Shown: in pieces, positions 11,375-21,099 of the stretch
Layout of the letters: each line of letters begins with the position of its first letter
Position numbering within the stretch: the stretch's first letter is position 1
NCBI GenBank assembly: GCA_963808625.1
Contig: CAWEHK010000054.1
Span: 30,051 to 94,050 of the forward strand
Length of the DNA stretch: 64,000 nt
Direction of reading: 5' to 3'
Source of the DNA: an uncultured delta proteobacterium
GTDB lineage: Bacteria > Desulfobacterota > Syntrophobacteria > Syntrophobacterales > Syntrophobacteraceae
Notes under the pieces: generated by a model
What the model was told of the DNA's origin: nothing
Databases searched by the model: none
Seen by the model: only the letters and a program-made list of their open reading frames with translations
Program-made: the position numbers and the translations under genes

Positions 11375-11412
11375 CCAATCCCCCGGGCAAATCAGGTTGC
11401 CCGGGGGATTGG
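11375..11412 (-). terminator. Strong stem-loop immediately 3' of the small peptide gene
   Basis: Perfect 16-bp stem CCAATCCCCCGGGCAA / TTGCCCGGGGGATTGG with a 6-nt loop. There is no U-tract, so it may be an mRNA-stabilising hairpin rather than an intrinsic terminator. Confidence 0.6.
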
Positions 11413-11421
11413 GGTTAGAGG

Positions 11422-11511
11422 TTAGCCCACGGAGAACGGGCCGAGCTGGCAGCAATAAAACGCCGCGGCGTCGATGTCATAAGTACCTTTTTCAATCACG
11501 AACAGTGTCAT
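11422..11511 (-). CDS. 29-aa Cys-Cys peptide MTLFVIEKGTYDIDAAAFYCCQLGPFSVG (putative RiPP/signal precursor)
   Basis: Not in the ORF track. Preceded by a perfect Shine-Dalgarno (AAGGAGGTGATACC-ATG) and followed by a 16-bp hairpin; the upstream region is AT-rich. Confidence 0.75.
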   Translation of the reverse strand: MTLFVIEKGTYDIDAAAFYCCQLGPFSVG

Positions 11512-11854
11512 GGTATCACCTCCTTTCCTTGCATATACCCGCCTTTTGTGACACCAGCATTTAATCTACAGATCGCTGGGAAGGTGGTATTCAGGTCACT
11601 TTGATTGAAAAAAATTTATATAATGATTCAAATATGATACAACCGATCGCCAAGAGATTTTCAACGACGATCGACCTGCGTCACCTAATTCTCACGGAAT
11701 GACGAGAGGTTTGATGAGTAATTCAAGGTGTGGACGTGCATTGGGGGGATACGCATGGAACAGGCAATCTATGAACCGCTGCTTCGCAGTTCATTGACAG
11801 CGGTTGCGATTTCGAACTCTATCGAAGGGGAAAACTGGCATCCGCAGGAAGTGG

Positions 11855-13431
11855 TCAACGGGAGCCGAGTGAAGCCTGCCACAAACGGTGTGTTCCAGAA
11901 TGATCAAATGAGAAACGATGTGGCAAGCGGAACCGTTTTGACATTACATCAAATTTGACCTCATGAACGAGAAACACCCCCGGATGGAGCGAAGCAACCA
12001 AGGAATCCACTTCCTGATAGAGGCTTTTACGTTTGTCGGAGTCTTTAGCCTGAGCGATTCCATGCAGCACTGCAGCGATCTGCGGGTGATCGAACAAACC
12101 CACTCCTGTTTTTTGCCCATCGACGCCAGCCCATACCTGCACCACGATTTCAGGAGCTTTTGAAGAAGCCCACAATTGTGTGAGCACGGCCTGGAATTCC
12201 TTATTATGATCATATCTATGCAAAAGCTCATTTTGCGCCAATGAGTTCAGATACGTTTTTATACCGACATCATTCAGGAAAAGCTGTAAGCATTCCGCGA
12301 CCAGTTTGTCGATCAGGTGTCCCTCAGTGATTAGGATGCTGAATTCAAAGCGTTTCCCTTGCCGATGGAGGAACTGATCCTGCGAGTCGTACATCCAGCC
12401 TGCCTGCTTGAGCAGTTCCAGTGCTCTGCCTGGATTGTAGGGAACAGGCTTCAATTCCGGTTTGTGGTAAGGGGAGTTCACTCCGAAAGGTCCAGTTGCC
12501 GCCATCCCCGCACCATGGAAGATGCTGTCAATGAGGGCCTGTTTATCCACCGCATAGGCCAGCGCCAGACGCACATCCGGTTCGGTAAAGAGGGGATCGG
12601 TGGTGTTGAACAGGAGAATCGAATAGTACTCCGAGACTACCTCGTTGAAACAAAATCTGTCATGGTATTGCTTTAACATATGGTAGTCTTTGGGCGAGAG
12701 TCGTACACCGATATCTGTTTTTCCCGAAAGGAGTCTGGCCCAGGATTTTTCTCCATCCGGCTCGTAACACAAAAACAACCTCATCCAGGGACGGCCTGCC
12801 GCCATAGTAGCTTTCGTAGGCTGCGAGGCCAACTTCTTTCTCTCCTCTTCGATATTTGAAACGAAACGGCCCGGACCCAATCGGATGATCAGAGAAGTCG
12901 GGAAGGATCCCTTCCGGGATGGGGAATAATTTCCATATCCCATATCTTCATAGGGAAATCCGGATCGTTTCTCTTCAGCCTGATAAGCAGAGAGGTATCC
13001 GTGAGGAGAGTAATCCGATCGATCAAGCCAAATACTGAGGGCCGCCAGATTTCAAGGCTGTACCCCAGCGAATAATCGACATCCCTGGTTGTAAGGCGAC
13101 GGCCGTCATGGAACAGAGCGTTGTCTCTAAGATATATGGTCCAGGTGAAGCTGGCGGCATCATAGTCCCATCGAATCGCCAGATCCGGTTCAAGTTGCCC
13201 GTCTTCATCAGGGACAAAGAGATAACTGTAAAGCAGCGGGAAGACGCTCGAAGAACCGGATTCGGAGCCTTTCACGGGGTCTAATGAGCCGAAAGGAGCA
13301 GGAATATCGATCCTGAGAACATTCTCGTTTTGACTCCCGGTCTCGATGGAAGAGTGCTCGGCTTTGGTGCAGGACAACATGAGGAGGACTATTGGAACCG
13401 CCAGTAACAACGCCCATAGACTCCTCAGCAT
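11855..13431 (-). CDS. ABC-type solute-binding lipoprotein, family 5 (OppA/DppA/NikA-like), frameshifted near 12900
   Basis: Lipobox LMLSC, SLDP, LEPDLAIRW...LRDNALFHDGRRLTTRDV, VRLALAYAVDK and YNPGRALELLKQAGW. Confidence 0.88.
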
Positions 13432-13547
13432 GGTGTGATAACCTTTGCCTCAAGCCTCGCTGAAATCGGGCTGCGCCAATTTCTCGGCACCCCCTGGCCC
13501 ATCAGCTGAAATGTCAAATGTGTTCCACACAACCACGCCCTTCTCGC

Positions 13548-16065
13548 TCAAAACGTGCCACTGTATTTCAGGAAGGCCCAGTAATACGGGTGCGCGCCAG
13601 GACTCAGGAGCGAGGCCTCCTGTTTCGACATTCTCCCCCTGGTGCCGGAGCTGTCAGCCTCGACGAATCCTTCCTTAAGCACCTTCCGCTGCGCTTCATG
13701 GAGGGCTTTAACCGGCTGCAGACCGTCTCTTCGCCTTCGATGGAATTCCTTCATGACTTCCCAAGCACCCTGGTCATTGATCGGATAAAAACTGCTGACC
13801 ACTCCCCTGGCTCCCATCTGGAGGAACACGCCGTCGAGGGCCAGATATTCTTCGTACCGCAAATTCCACTCGTCACTTCTGCCCGTCTCGCAGGCGGCGA
13901 GGACCGCCAGGGGCAATCCGGCGAGATTCAACGCTCCTTATCATATCCGCATGAGACACGTCACCATCGGCGAGGTGGAGTGAAATACCCTCCGCAGTCC
14001 TTCTTCCATGACAGATGAGTTCCATGAGGGAAAGCTCTCCTCGCATAGCTTTTGAAGCATCGACCAGGCCTCGAACGTGGCCTTGCCGCCCTGGAGCGGG
14101 ACCACCTGCCCGGCGCCGTATGTATCGAACAGATATTGAAATTCCTGTTCTCCGTAAGGAAGAGGCCGGTCGGCTGGCGCATAAAAGAGCGCCATAGGCC
14201 TTCTTCCCATCGCACGCTTCGGAGCAAAACAGGCGATAGCTGAGCGTGAGGGAGGGAGTATAGCACACCTCGAAATCCTCGATGAAAAACCTCTTCGTGT
14301 CAGGGAGGAAGGCGGCATGGAGGGGAAGGCATGGAGAAAAGCATGAGGGGAAAGGTAGATTCGCCGGGTCCCGATCTGGCTCAGAAACGCCGCCACCGGC
14401 TGCATCAATTGTCCCGTCACCTCCAGCAGGGTATCGAGACTGGGAAGGATCGATGCCCCTCCCGTCCGAAAGGAGTCGACGAAGCCGCCAAGAGCCTCCT
14501 CCAGCAGAATCGGCTTGAGATCTTTGAGGATGTGCTCATAGGCGATTCCCGAGTCGGTGGGATAGGCGAGCAGGAAGTGAAGATCGGCAGACTCCCGGCG
14601 AAAGAAGCACTCCACCGCGGCGCTGCCCGTTTGCGACAAGAGCTCGAAAAGCTCCGCTTCCGTCAAGGGCTCGGGGTGGATGAGATTGATGTAATCCGGA
14701 TCGAGAACGGTTAACTCTTCGAGAAGCACCTTCTGTCGGTTCAGATGTTCCTTAAGCGACGCGTACAGCTCCTGTTGCCGGGGATTGCCGCTGGAACGGC
14801 CCGGCGTCGCGCTAACTTCTTTTTCCGTGGCTAATGCGGCTCGCAACCCCCGGAGATCATGGCAGAGCTCCCAATACTTCCGGACAGGCTCGGCGGCCTG
14901 ATCATTTCGTGGGCTCACCTGCTCCAGATTGACATCCTCCAGGAGGCTCCGGGAGCGCATCTGTTCGAGCCAGTACAGGGCCTCGGCATAGCGGCGCTCT
15001 TCCAGCATGAAATGGACCCCGACATCGAAGAGACTGACCGAGCGCCGGAGATAGTCCCTGCGGGCCTTGGGGTCCGCAATTTCGCTATGGATGGCAGAAA
15101 CGAGCTTCAGTGCTTCAGCCATTGCCTCGAGTGATTCGTCCAGCAACTCCCTGTTGTTTTCCAGCCGAGCCTGGTGCAGGAGTGAGAACCCGAGACCATA
15201 CCGGGCAAAGCAGTAGAGTTGCGGACGGGTGCCCGCATCCACAACGGAGAGGGCGGCCCGGTAATAGCGCGCCGCTTGAAGGAACTCGATGGCCTTTTCG
15301 ATATTCTCCGCCGGGTTCCCTTCGATACGCCGCCGGTAGGCATTCGCCAGGGCATAGCGGGTACATTGCCCAATCCCCTGGCACGAGCTCTTTGGTCCAG
15401 ACCGAAAGCGCTTCTCCAAAACAATCAATGGCCTTTTCCAGGTTGTCTGAAGGATTTTCCCTGATCCGTTTTGCGTATGCGTTTCCGAGTGCATAGAGGG
15501 TCGCCGCCCAGTCCAGGGGAGCGGCCTCCCTGGTCCTGACCGTAAGCGTCTGATTCAGGCAATTGATGGCTTCTTCCTGGTTCTCCGCCGGGTCTCCCTT
15601 GATACGAACGGTCAGGGCGCCGCCTAGGGCGGTCATGGCCAATGCCCAATAGCCCGGAGCGCCGGCCCTTGTCCATACGGTGAGGGCCTGCCGGTAATAG
15701 TGGATGCCCTTCTCCCCATTTTCGGCAGAGTTTACGTTGATGCGCACCATATAAGCGTTCCCCAGTGCGTACATGGTCAGCGCCCGCTCGTGCCCATGGG
15801 TATCGGGCCACAGAGACAGCGCTTCCTCCAGATACCTGGTGGCGTACTCGGCATTCAAAGCTGGACTGCCGAGGGAGACCTTGAGAAGTTCCATGCCAAG
15901 GTTTGTATGAAGGAGCGCTCTCTTTTCCGGTGATGACTGATCGTCGGCAAGAGTTTCGAGCCGGGATACCAATTGCGTCAACTGATGCTTTGTTTCGACG
16001 TTATCGGCTGCTGCCATGAGAGCCTTCAAGTGGGCTGATGTCTGCTCATGAAATCGTCTGTCCAC
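13548..16065 (-). CDS. TPR-repeat plus CHAT (caspase-like) domain protein, several frameshifts
   Basis: Repeats EN.EKAI..ALTV.T....P..WA, then E..RSRSLL, SPHAFLH, catalytic ICHG and LAACETG, and a HPYYWA C-terminus. Confidence 0.85.
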
Positions 16066-16220
16066 AGGGCTTTTGTTCCTTCAGAGCTCGACCCGAGCGG
16101 AGGGATTTGTGGCTGTTAGATGAGCGCTCTTTAGGGTTCCCTCCGAGATACCCATTCTTCAGGAGCGTTTACGAAAGCGGGAGCAGAACAGTTGCCAGGC
16201 CAAAGGTATTGTGTCTTCGG

Positions 16221-16575
16221 TTAGAGAAAGACTTTGTAACCAATATTTAAGGCCTTACTCAGTTTCTTCGCCGTCTCCTTTCCAATCGGTCGTTTTCCGT
16301 GCTCCATTTCAGAGATATGCCGCTGGGGGATGCCGGTCATTTGCGCAAGCTGCTGCTGTGTCAAACCCTCTTTACCCCTGGCGCCAGCCAGCATGGCGCC
16401 CGGAGTCAGCTCCTCTTCCTCGAAGCACTCACGCCATGGAAGAGAGTCTGAGATTTCTGTGAACCCCAAAGGCCTAAGGACTTCAATCGCCTCATTCTGT
16501 TTCTTCATCGGTCCAAGGAACCGCAGTTGCACCCGCTGCTCCTCAATAAGGCGCTTTTTCGTGAGAACCCCGCAT
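16221..16575 (-). CDS. XRE-family HTH antitoxin (HigA-like)
   Basis: GLTQQQLAQMTGIPQRHISEMEHGKRPIG. The true start is probably ATG 16575, with a 1-nt indel in a G run. Confidence 0.8.
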
Positions 16576-16690
16576 AGGTCACCTCAACCAATCGGATTTC
16601 TGGTTGTCGATCACTCTCCGAAATTCCAGCAACTAGGTATGTTCCGACCTTGAGTCTTGATGTGGGCAGATTATCCGTTGCTATGAGCCT
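16544..16690 (-). pseudogene. Truncated RelE-like toxin remnant
   Basis: Only the C-terminal EIRLVEVTYAG(S)HEKAPY* is recognisable, overlapping the antitoxin start. The 5' part is missing. Confidence 0.55.
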
Positions 16691-16719
16691 AAGTCAAGGT
16701 CGGTCATCGCCTCAGAGAG

Positions 16720-18897
16720 TCAAAACTGATAATTCACCCCGCCCTCGACCCACCGTCCGGGCTGGGGATAGGTGTAGCGGAGGAGATAACCGGTGTTGGT
16801 CAGGTTGTGGACGGTGAAAAAGATGCCCGGCTTTCCGGCGCAGGCGGGGACAAAGGGCAGGCTTGACCTTGAGCATGTAATCGAAGACGAAGACCTGGTC
16901 CCGGGTTTCGGGAACGCTCGAGTTGTTGTAGACATACCGGCCAATGAGGGAGTGGGTCATCCACTTGTAGGTGTAGGATGCCGATGCATCGTAGAGAATG
17001 CGCGGCACATCCTGGATGATTTCATCGGTCTCGTCGTTGCGGACATCGATGAAGCTCCCGCCGAAGGACAACCCCAACCCCCAGGGCAGGGTCGCCGCGA
17101 TTCTCCCCTCGACGCCCTGCCGGGTAGCCTCATCGAGGTTTTCATACCTGCGGAATTGCCCATTCTCGAAAAACGTGGGCACGAGGAGGTTGTTGACATC
17201 GGCCCGGAACAGGGTGAGTCCCAATTTCAGAAACTGGAACATTCTGAAGTCGCCGCCAACCTGGTAGTTGACTGCCGTTTCCGCCTCGAGGTCCTTGTTG
17301 CCGTGAAGCGGATCATTCACCCAGAGCGCCGGGGGCGCCGAAAAGCCGCGGGCGATCTGCGCCCGCAGCAGGGCGTCGTTATCGAGAAGGTGGTAGACGA
17401 TGCCGCCCGAGGGGCTGACTTCCGAACCGAAATCGAGGTTGTTGTCGTAGCGGAGACCGGCATTGAAGGCGAATTTTCCCAATTCATAGGTGTCGTTGGC
17501 ATAGAGCGCCCAGTTTCCCGAATCGTACCTGGTCAGGAGGGGACTGACCCAGGGAGCTCCAGTCGTAGTAGCCCCAATCGCCGTCAAACCCGACCAGAAA
17601 GCGATTGGCTTGCCGGTCGTAGCTCATCCGGGCCGAAGCCCCCAGGGTCTGCTGGAGGTAGTCGAAGTAGCTCAACTTCGAATCGGGGAAGATGAAGTCG
17701 TAGGTCGAGGTGTAATTCCTGATGACGGCCTTCAACGGTAAGATTGAGGCCATCCGCCAGCAAGGTCTCGAACTGCAGGCGCTGATAGCTGCGCTGCTGG
17801 GAGGTGTCGGCAAAGAAGCCTCGGGGCGGCCAAACCGGGATGGGCGTCTCGGTGTGACCGCGATCGAAGCTGTAGATGAAGTTGAGGCGGCTCGCCTCCC
17901 CGGTGAGGAAGTTCAGCTTGGTGTAGACCGCATCCTGCCGATAGTCATTGTTGGGCATGATGCCGTCACTGTTTTCATGGGTCGCCGAAACAAGGTAGCT
18001 GAAGCGCTCGACGAACCCGCTGACCGTGGCCCTCCCCCGCGCCGTGTTGAAATCGCCATAGGAGGCCGTGGCATCGACGGAGACGGGCTTGCTCAGGTCG
18101 GGCTCGCGGGTGATGATGTTGATCACCCCGCCCAGACCCGACCCCCAGGCCGACGAAGCCGCTCCCTGGTAGACTTCGATGCGCTCGATATTGGCAACGG
18201 GAAGAAAGGAGAGGTCCGTCAGCGGGTTGGCGAGCTGATTGAGCGGCACACCGTCCTGGAATACCGCCACATGCCGCACCTCCGAACCCTGAATCGAGGC
18301 CACTGACAAGCTGCCGGGGCTGCCGCCGTTGAATTCGACGTAAACCCCCGGCACGTACTGGAGCACTTCGCCGACGTTGTTGACCGGGATCTTTTCGATT
18401 TCCTCCCGGGTGATGACGGAGACGTTCGCCGCCACATCCGATTTGGGCGTGGCCTGGCGCGTGTAGGAAAAGACCAGCTCCTCCCGCTGGCCGGCGCCCG
18501 GTCCCGAACCCTGGGTTGGGGTCCCCGCCGACGAGGCGTCGGCAGATGAGTCTCCGCTCAATTCCTCAGCAAATCCCAGGTTTGCTCCGAAGGACATAAA
18601 GCACAGGAGACATAAAAAAAAGATCAGGCCGCTGCACCCTGGCGCGAGCCCACACAAATAACTGTCCGGATTCGTTTCGTCATACCGGCGAAAGCCGGTA
18701 TCCAGGTAGCGTTCTGGATTCCCGTTGTCACCGGAATGACGCGTCAGGTCTATGGTCACTTTGTTCTGTGGCGTTGTACTTTGTGCTGTGCTTGCTGGAG
18801 CATTCTCTTTCGGAGAACGCCAACAGAAGGCGATGCCGGGCATCGGGACGGGCGGCATCGCAGCAGCAGGAGCTTCAGGTCTCTTTCGCATCATCAA
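16720..18897 (-). CDS. TonB-dependent receptor (plug plus beta-barrel), frameshifted; the start is uncertain and probably downstream of 18897
   Basis: VSVITREEIEK, VFQDGVPLN, IERIEVYQGAASSAWGSGLGGVINIIT, GLRYD, and a C-terminal GRWVEGGVNYQF with terminal Phe. Confidence 0.88.
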
Positions 18898-20242
18898 TGC
18901 CGTATCCCTTCATTTTTTCGATCAAGGTCTTGCGGTTTATGCCTAGCAGATCCGCGGCCCGGGACCGGATGCCCTGCGTCCGTTTCAGGGCCAGCGTGAC
19001 GAAACACCGCTCGGCGTCTTTCAGGTTCAGGTCCGGTATGGCGCCAAACTCCTCCTGGTCTTCTTTGAACGGCAGGTGGCTGGTGGTGATGATGGTGGAA
19101 TTGCGGCAGGTGATCACCGCCCTTTCGATGACATTCATCAGCTCGCGGACGTTTCCCGGCCAGTCGTAATTCTGGAGGGCCAGCATGGCGCCGCCGGAAA
19201 TCTCGGTAATCGGACGACGGTAGGTCTGAGTCAATTTCTTGAGGTAAAACTCGGCAAGGTCCGGAATGTCGTCCCGTCGGCTGCGAAGCGGTGGAATGTC
19301 AATGACGTAGAGGTTGAGACGGTACAGAAGGTCTTTCCGAAAGCGCCCGGCGGCCACCCGCTCTTCGAGGTCCCGGTTGGTGGCGGCAAGGACGCGAAAA
19401 TCCGAACTTATCCTGGAAGTTCCCCCGACCCGCATGAAGCTCTTGGTCTCGATCACCCGGAGGAGCTTCGCTTGAAAGGCGGCTGAGGCCTCGCCGATCT
19501 CATCGAGGAGGATCGAACCCTCGTTGGCCAGTTCGAGGAAGCCTTTCCGGAGACCGACGGCCCCCGTAAAAGCACCCCGCTCATGCCCGAAGAGCTCGCT
19601 TTCGAGCACCCCTGGCGCGAACTTGGCGCAGTTGATCTCGAAGAAAGGTTTGTCCCGCCGCTCACTGCGGTTGTGGATATCCTGAGCCACCAGTTCCTTG
19701 CCGGTTCCGGTCTCGCCACTGATCAGGACCGGCACGGGAAGCTCCGCCACCTCCTCGATCTGCTCCCGTACTCGCTGCATGGCCGCAGAGCGCCCGATGA
19801 TCGCGACCGGCCCCTTCGCTTGAAGCGACCGCTCCCGGCTGAGATGATCGAGCTGTTTCAGCAGCTTGCGCTTCTCGAGCGCCTCGCGAAGGGTCGTCCA
19901 GAAGAGGTCCAGTTTATCGGTGAGCGGCTTCTCGAAGTAGTGAAAGGCCCCCTGCTTCACGGCCCGAATGGCCTCTTCCGTGGAACCGAACGCGGTGATC
20001 ATGATCACCGGGATGTCCGGGCGGCTGTCCTGGACCCTGGTGAAAAGCTCCGTTCCCGTCATCCCCGGCATCTGCACGTCCGAGATGATCACGTCGACGG
20101 AGGTCTCTTCCAGGACTTCGAGGGCATGGGAAGCAGAGGCCGCAGGAATGACCTCCAGCTCATGAGCCGCAAACTCCGGAGCGAACAGCTCCAGAAAAGC
20201 CGCATCATCATCTACCAGCAACACCTTGGGCCGGGTTGTCAT
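18875..20242 (-). CDS. Sigma-54-dependent response regulator (REC-AAA-Fis HTH, NtrC family)
   Basis: LLVDDD...DVQMPG, GETGTGKE, GAFTGA, WPGNVREL, and an HTH. Confidence 0.95.
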   Translation of the reverse strand: MTTRPKVLLVDDDAAFLELFAPEFAAHELEVIPAASASHALEVLEETSVDVIISDVQMPGMTGTELFTRVQDSRPDIPVIMITAFGSTEEAIRAVKQGAFHYFEKPLTDKLDLFWTTLREALEKRKLLKQLDHLSRERSLQAKGPVAIIGRSAAMQRVREQIEEVAELPVPVLISGETGTGKELVAQDIHNRSERRDKPFFEINCAKFAPGVLESELFGHERGAFTGAVGLRKGFLELANEGSILLDEIGEASAAFQAKLLRVIETKSFMRVGGTSRISSDFRVLAATNRDLEERVAAGRFRKDLLYRLNLYVIDIPPLRSRRDDIPDLAEFYLKKLTQTYRRPITEISGGAMLALQNYDWPGNVRELMNVIERAVITCRNSTIITTSHLPFKEDQEEFGAIPDLNLKDAERCFVTLALKRTQGIRSRAADLLGINRKTLIEKMKGYGIDDAKET

Positions 20243-20409
20243 GTAACTTTTCCCCTATATTACAACACAGTAGAAGAAACTGTCCCTATCCCCCGCCGTC
20301 ATTCCCGCATGCTCCTGGCGGGAATCCAGCAACAAGGCCAGGATGCCCACCTTCACGGGCATAACGACCGGAATTGAGACAGTCCTGTGTGCGGACCTTC
20401 GCTCGTGCG

Positions 20410-20550
20410 CTCGTTCCCAAGCTCCAGCTTGGGAACGCAGGCCGGAAGCTCCGGCTTCCGCTGCCTCTTGGGTATCAGATGGCGTCCGCACATCCGGCGA
20501 AGCTGGAGCTTCCAAACCGGTGGGTTCCCAAGCCAGAGCTTGGGAACCAG
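20410..20550. repeat. REP-like palindrome cluster
   Basis: GTTCCCAAGCTCCAGCTTGGGAAC and GTTCCCAAGCCAGAGCTTGGGAAC hairpins. Other GC-rich REP-like hairpins lie at about 22958-22982, 27051-27082, 29406-29430, 33218-33243, 45620-45675, 54861-54938 and 56794-56815. Confidence 0.7.
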
Positions 20551-20727
20551 CTTCAAACCTGCCGTCCGAAAATATTCGCTCGCTTCTCTCCGGAAGCAAC
20601 GCTTCCTCCGAAAAATCGAAGATTTCACCATTTAAGAAGTGCTAAACGGCAGTTCAGGGGTGTTTTCTTCTAGCAGAGACATCCGGAAGTGTAAATTTGA
20701 AAAATACCTGTTCCTGGAACTTTTCTA

Positions 20728-20890
20728 ACTGAGTAAATTCGTAACAGATAATTCTCCCCAAATCGCCATGTGCGAGGTGATTTGTTGCAGCCGGATGAAC
20801 AAGGGCTGGCAACGCCGCAATTGCTTACTCAATCGATTCAAAGGCTTATCATGGAAATTACAGCCAACGCGAACCTGGCATGATTCTTGG
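20728..20890 (+). promoter_or_regulatory. Putative enhancer boxes plus variant sigma-54 promoter
   Basis: ACTGAGTAAATTCGT (20728), TTTGTTGCAG (20781) and TGGCAT-GATTC-TTGG (20876), the same architecture as 972-1133. Confidence 0.55.
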
Positions 20891-21099
20891 TTATAGGAGA
20901 CTTCAGTCATCCTACAACGCGGAGGTCTTCCTCCCTAATCGTTGCTGCGTTCCCGAGAGCGCATCAACCGGGGCCCGGCTTGATGCCGGGCCTCACCCAT
21001 CCTTTTAGGCATTGGAAATGAGCAGGAATTCAGCCAGGAGGTTTGAGCTCGAGGCAATCACCATCAATCACTCAACCAATCATGAAGAAGGAGTACGTT

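Noticed and set aside
11512..11640. Sigma-54 promoter for the peptide gene
   Set aside because: The nearest GG...GC candidates have the wrong spacing (9 instead of 10 nt), so no promoter is called.
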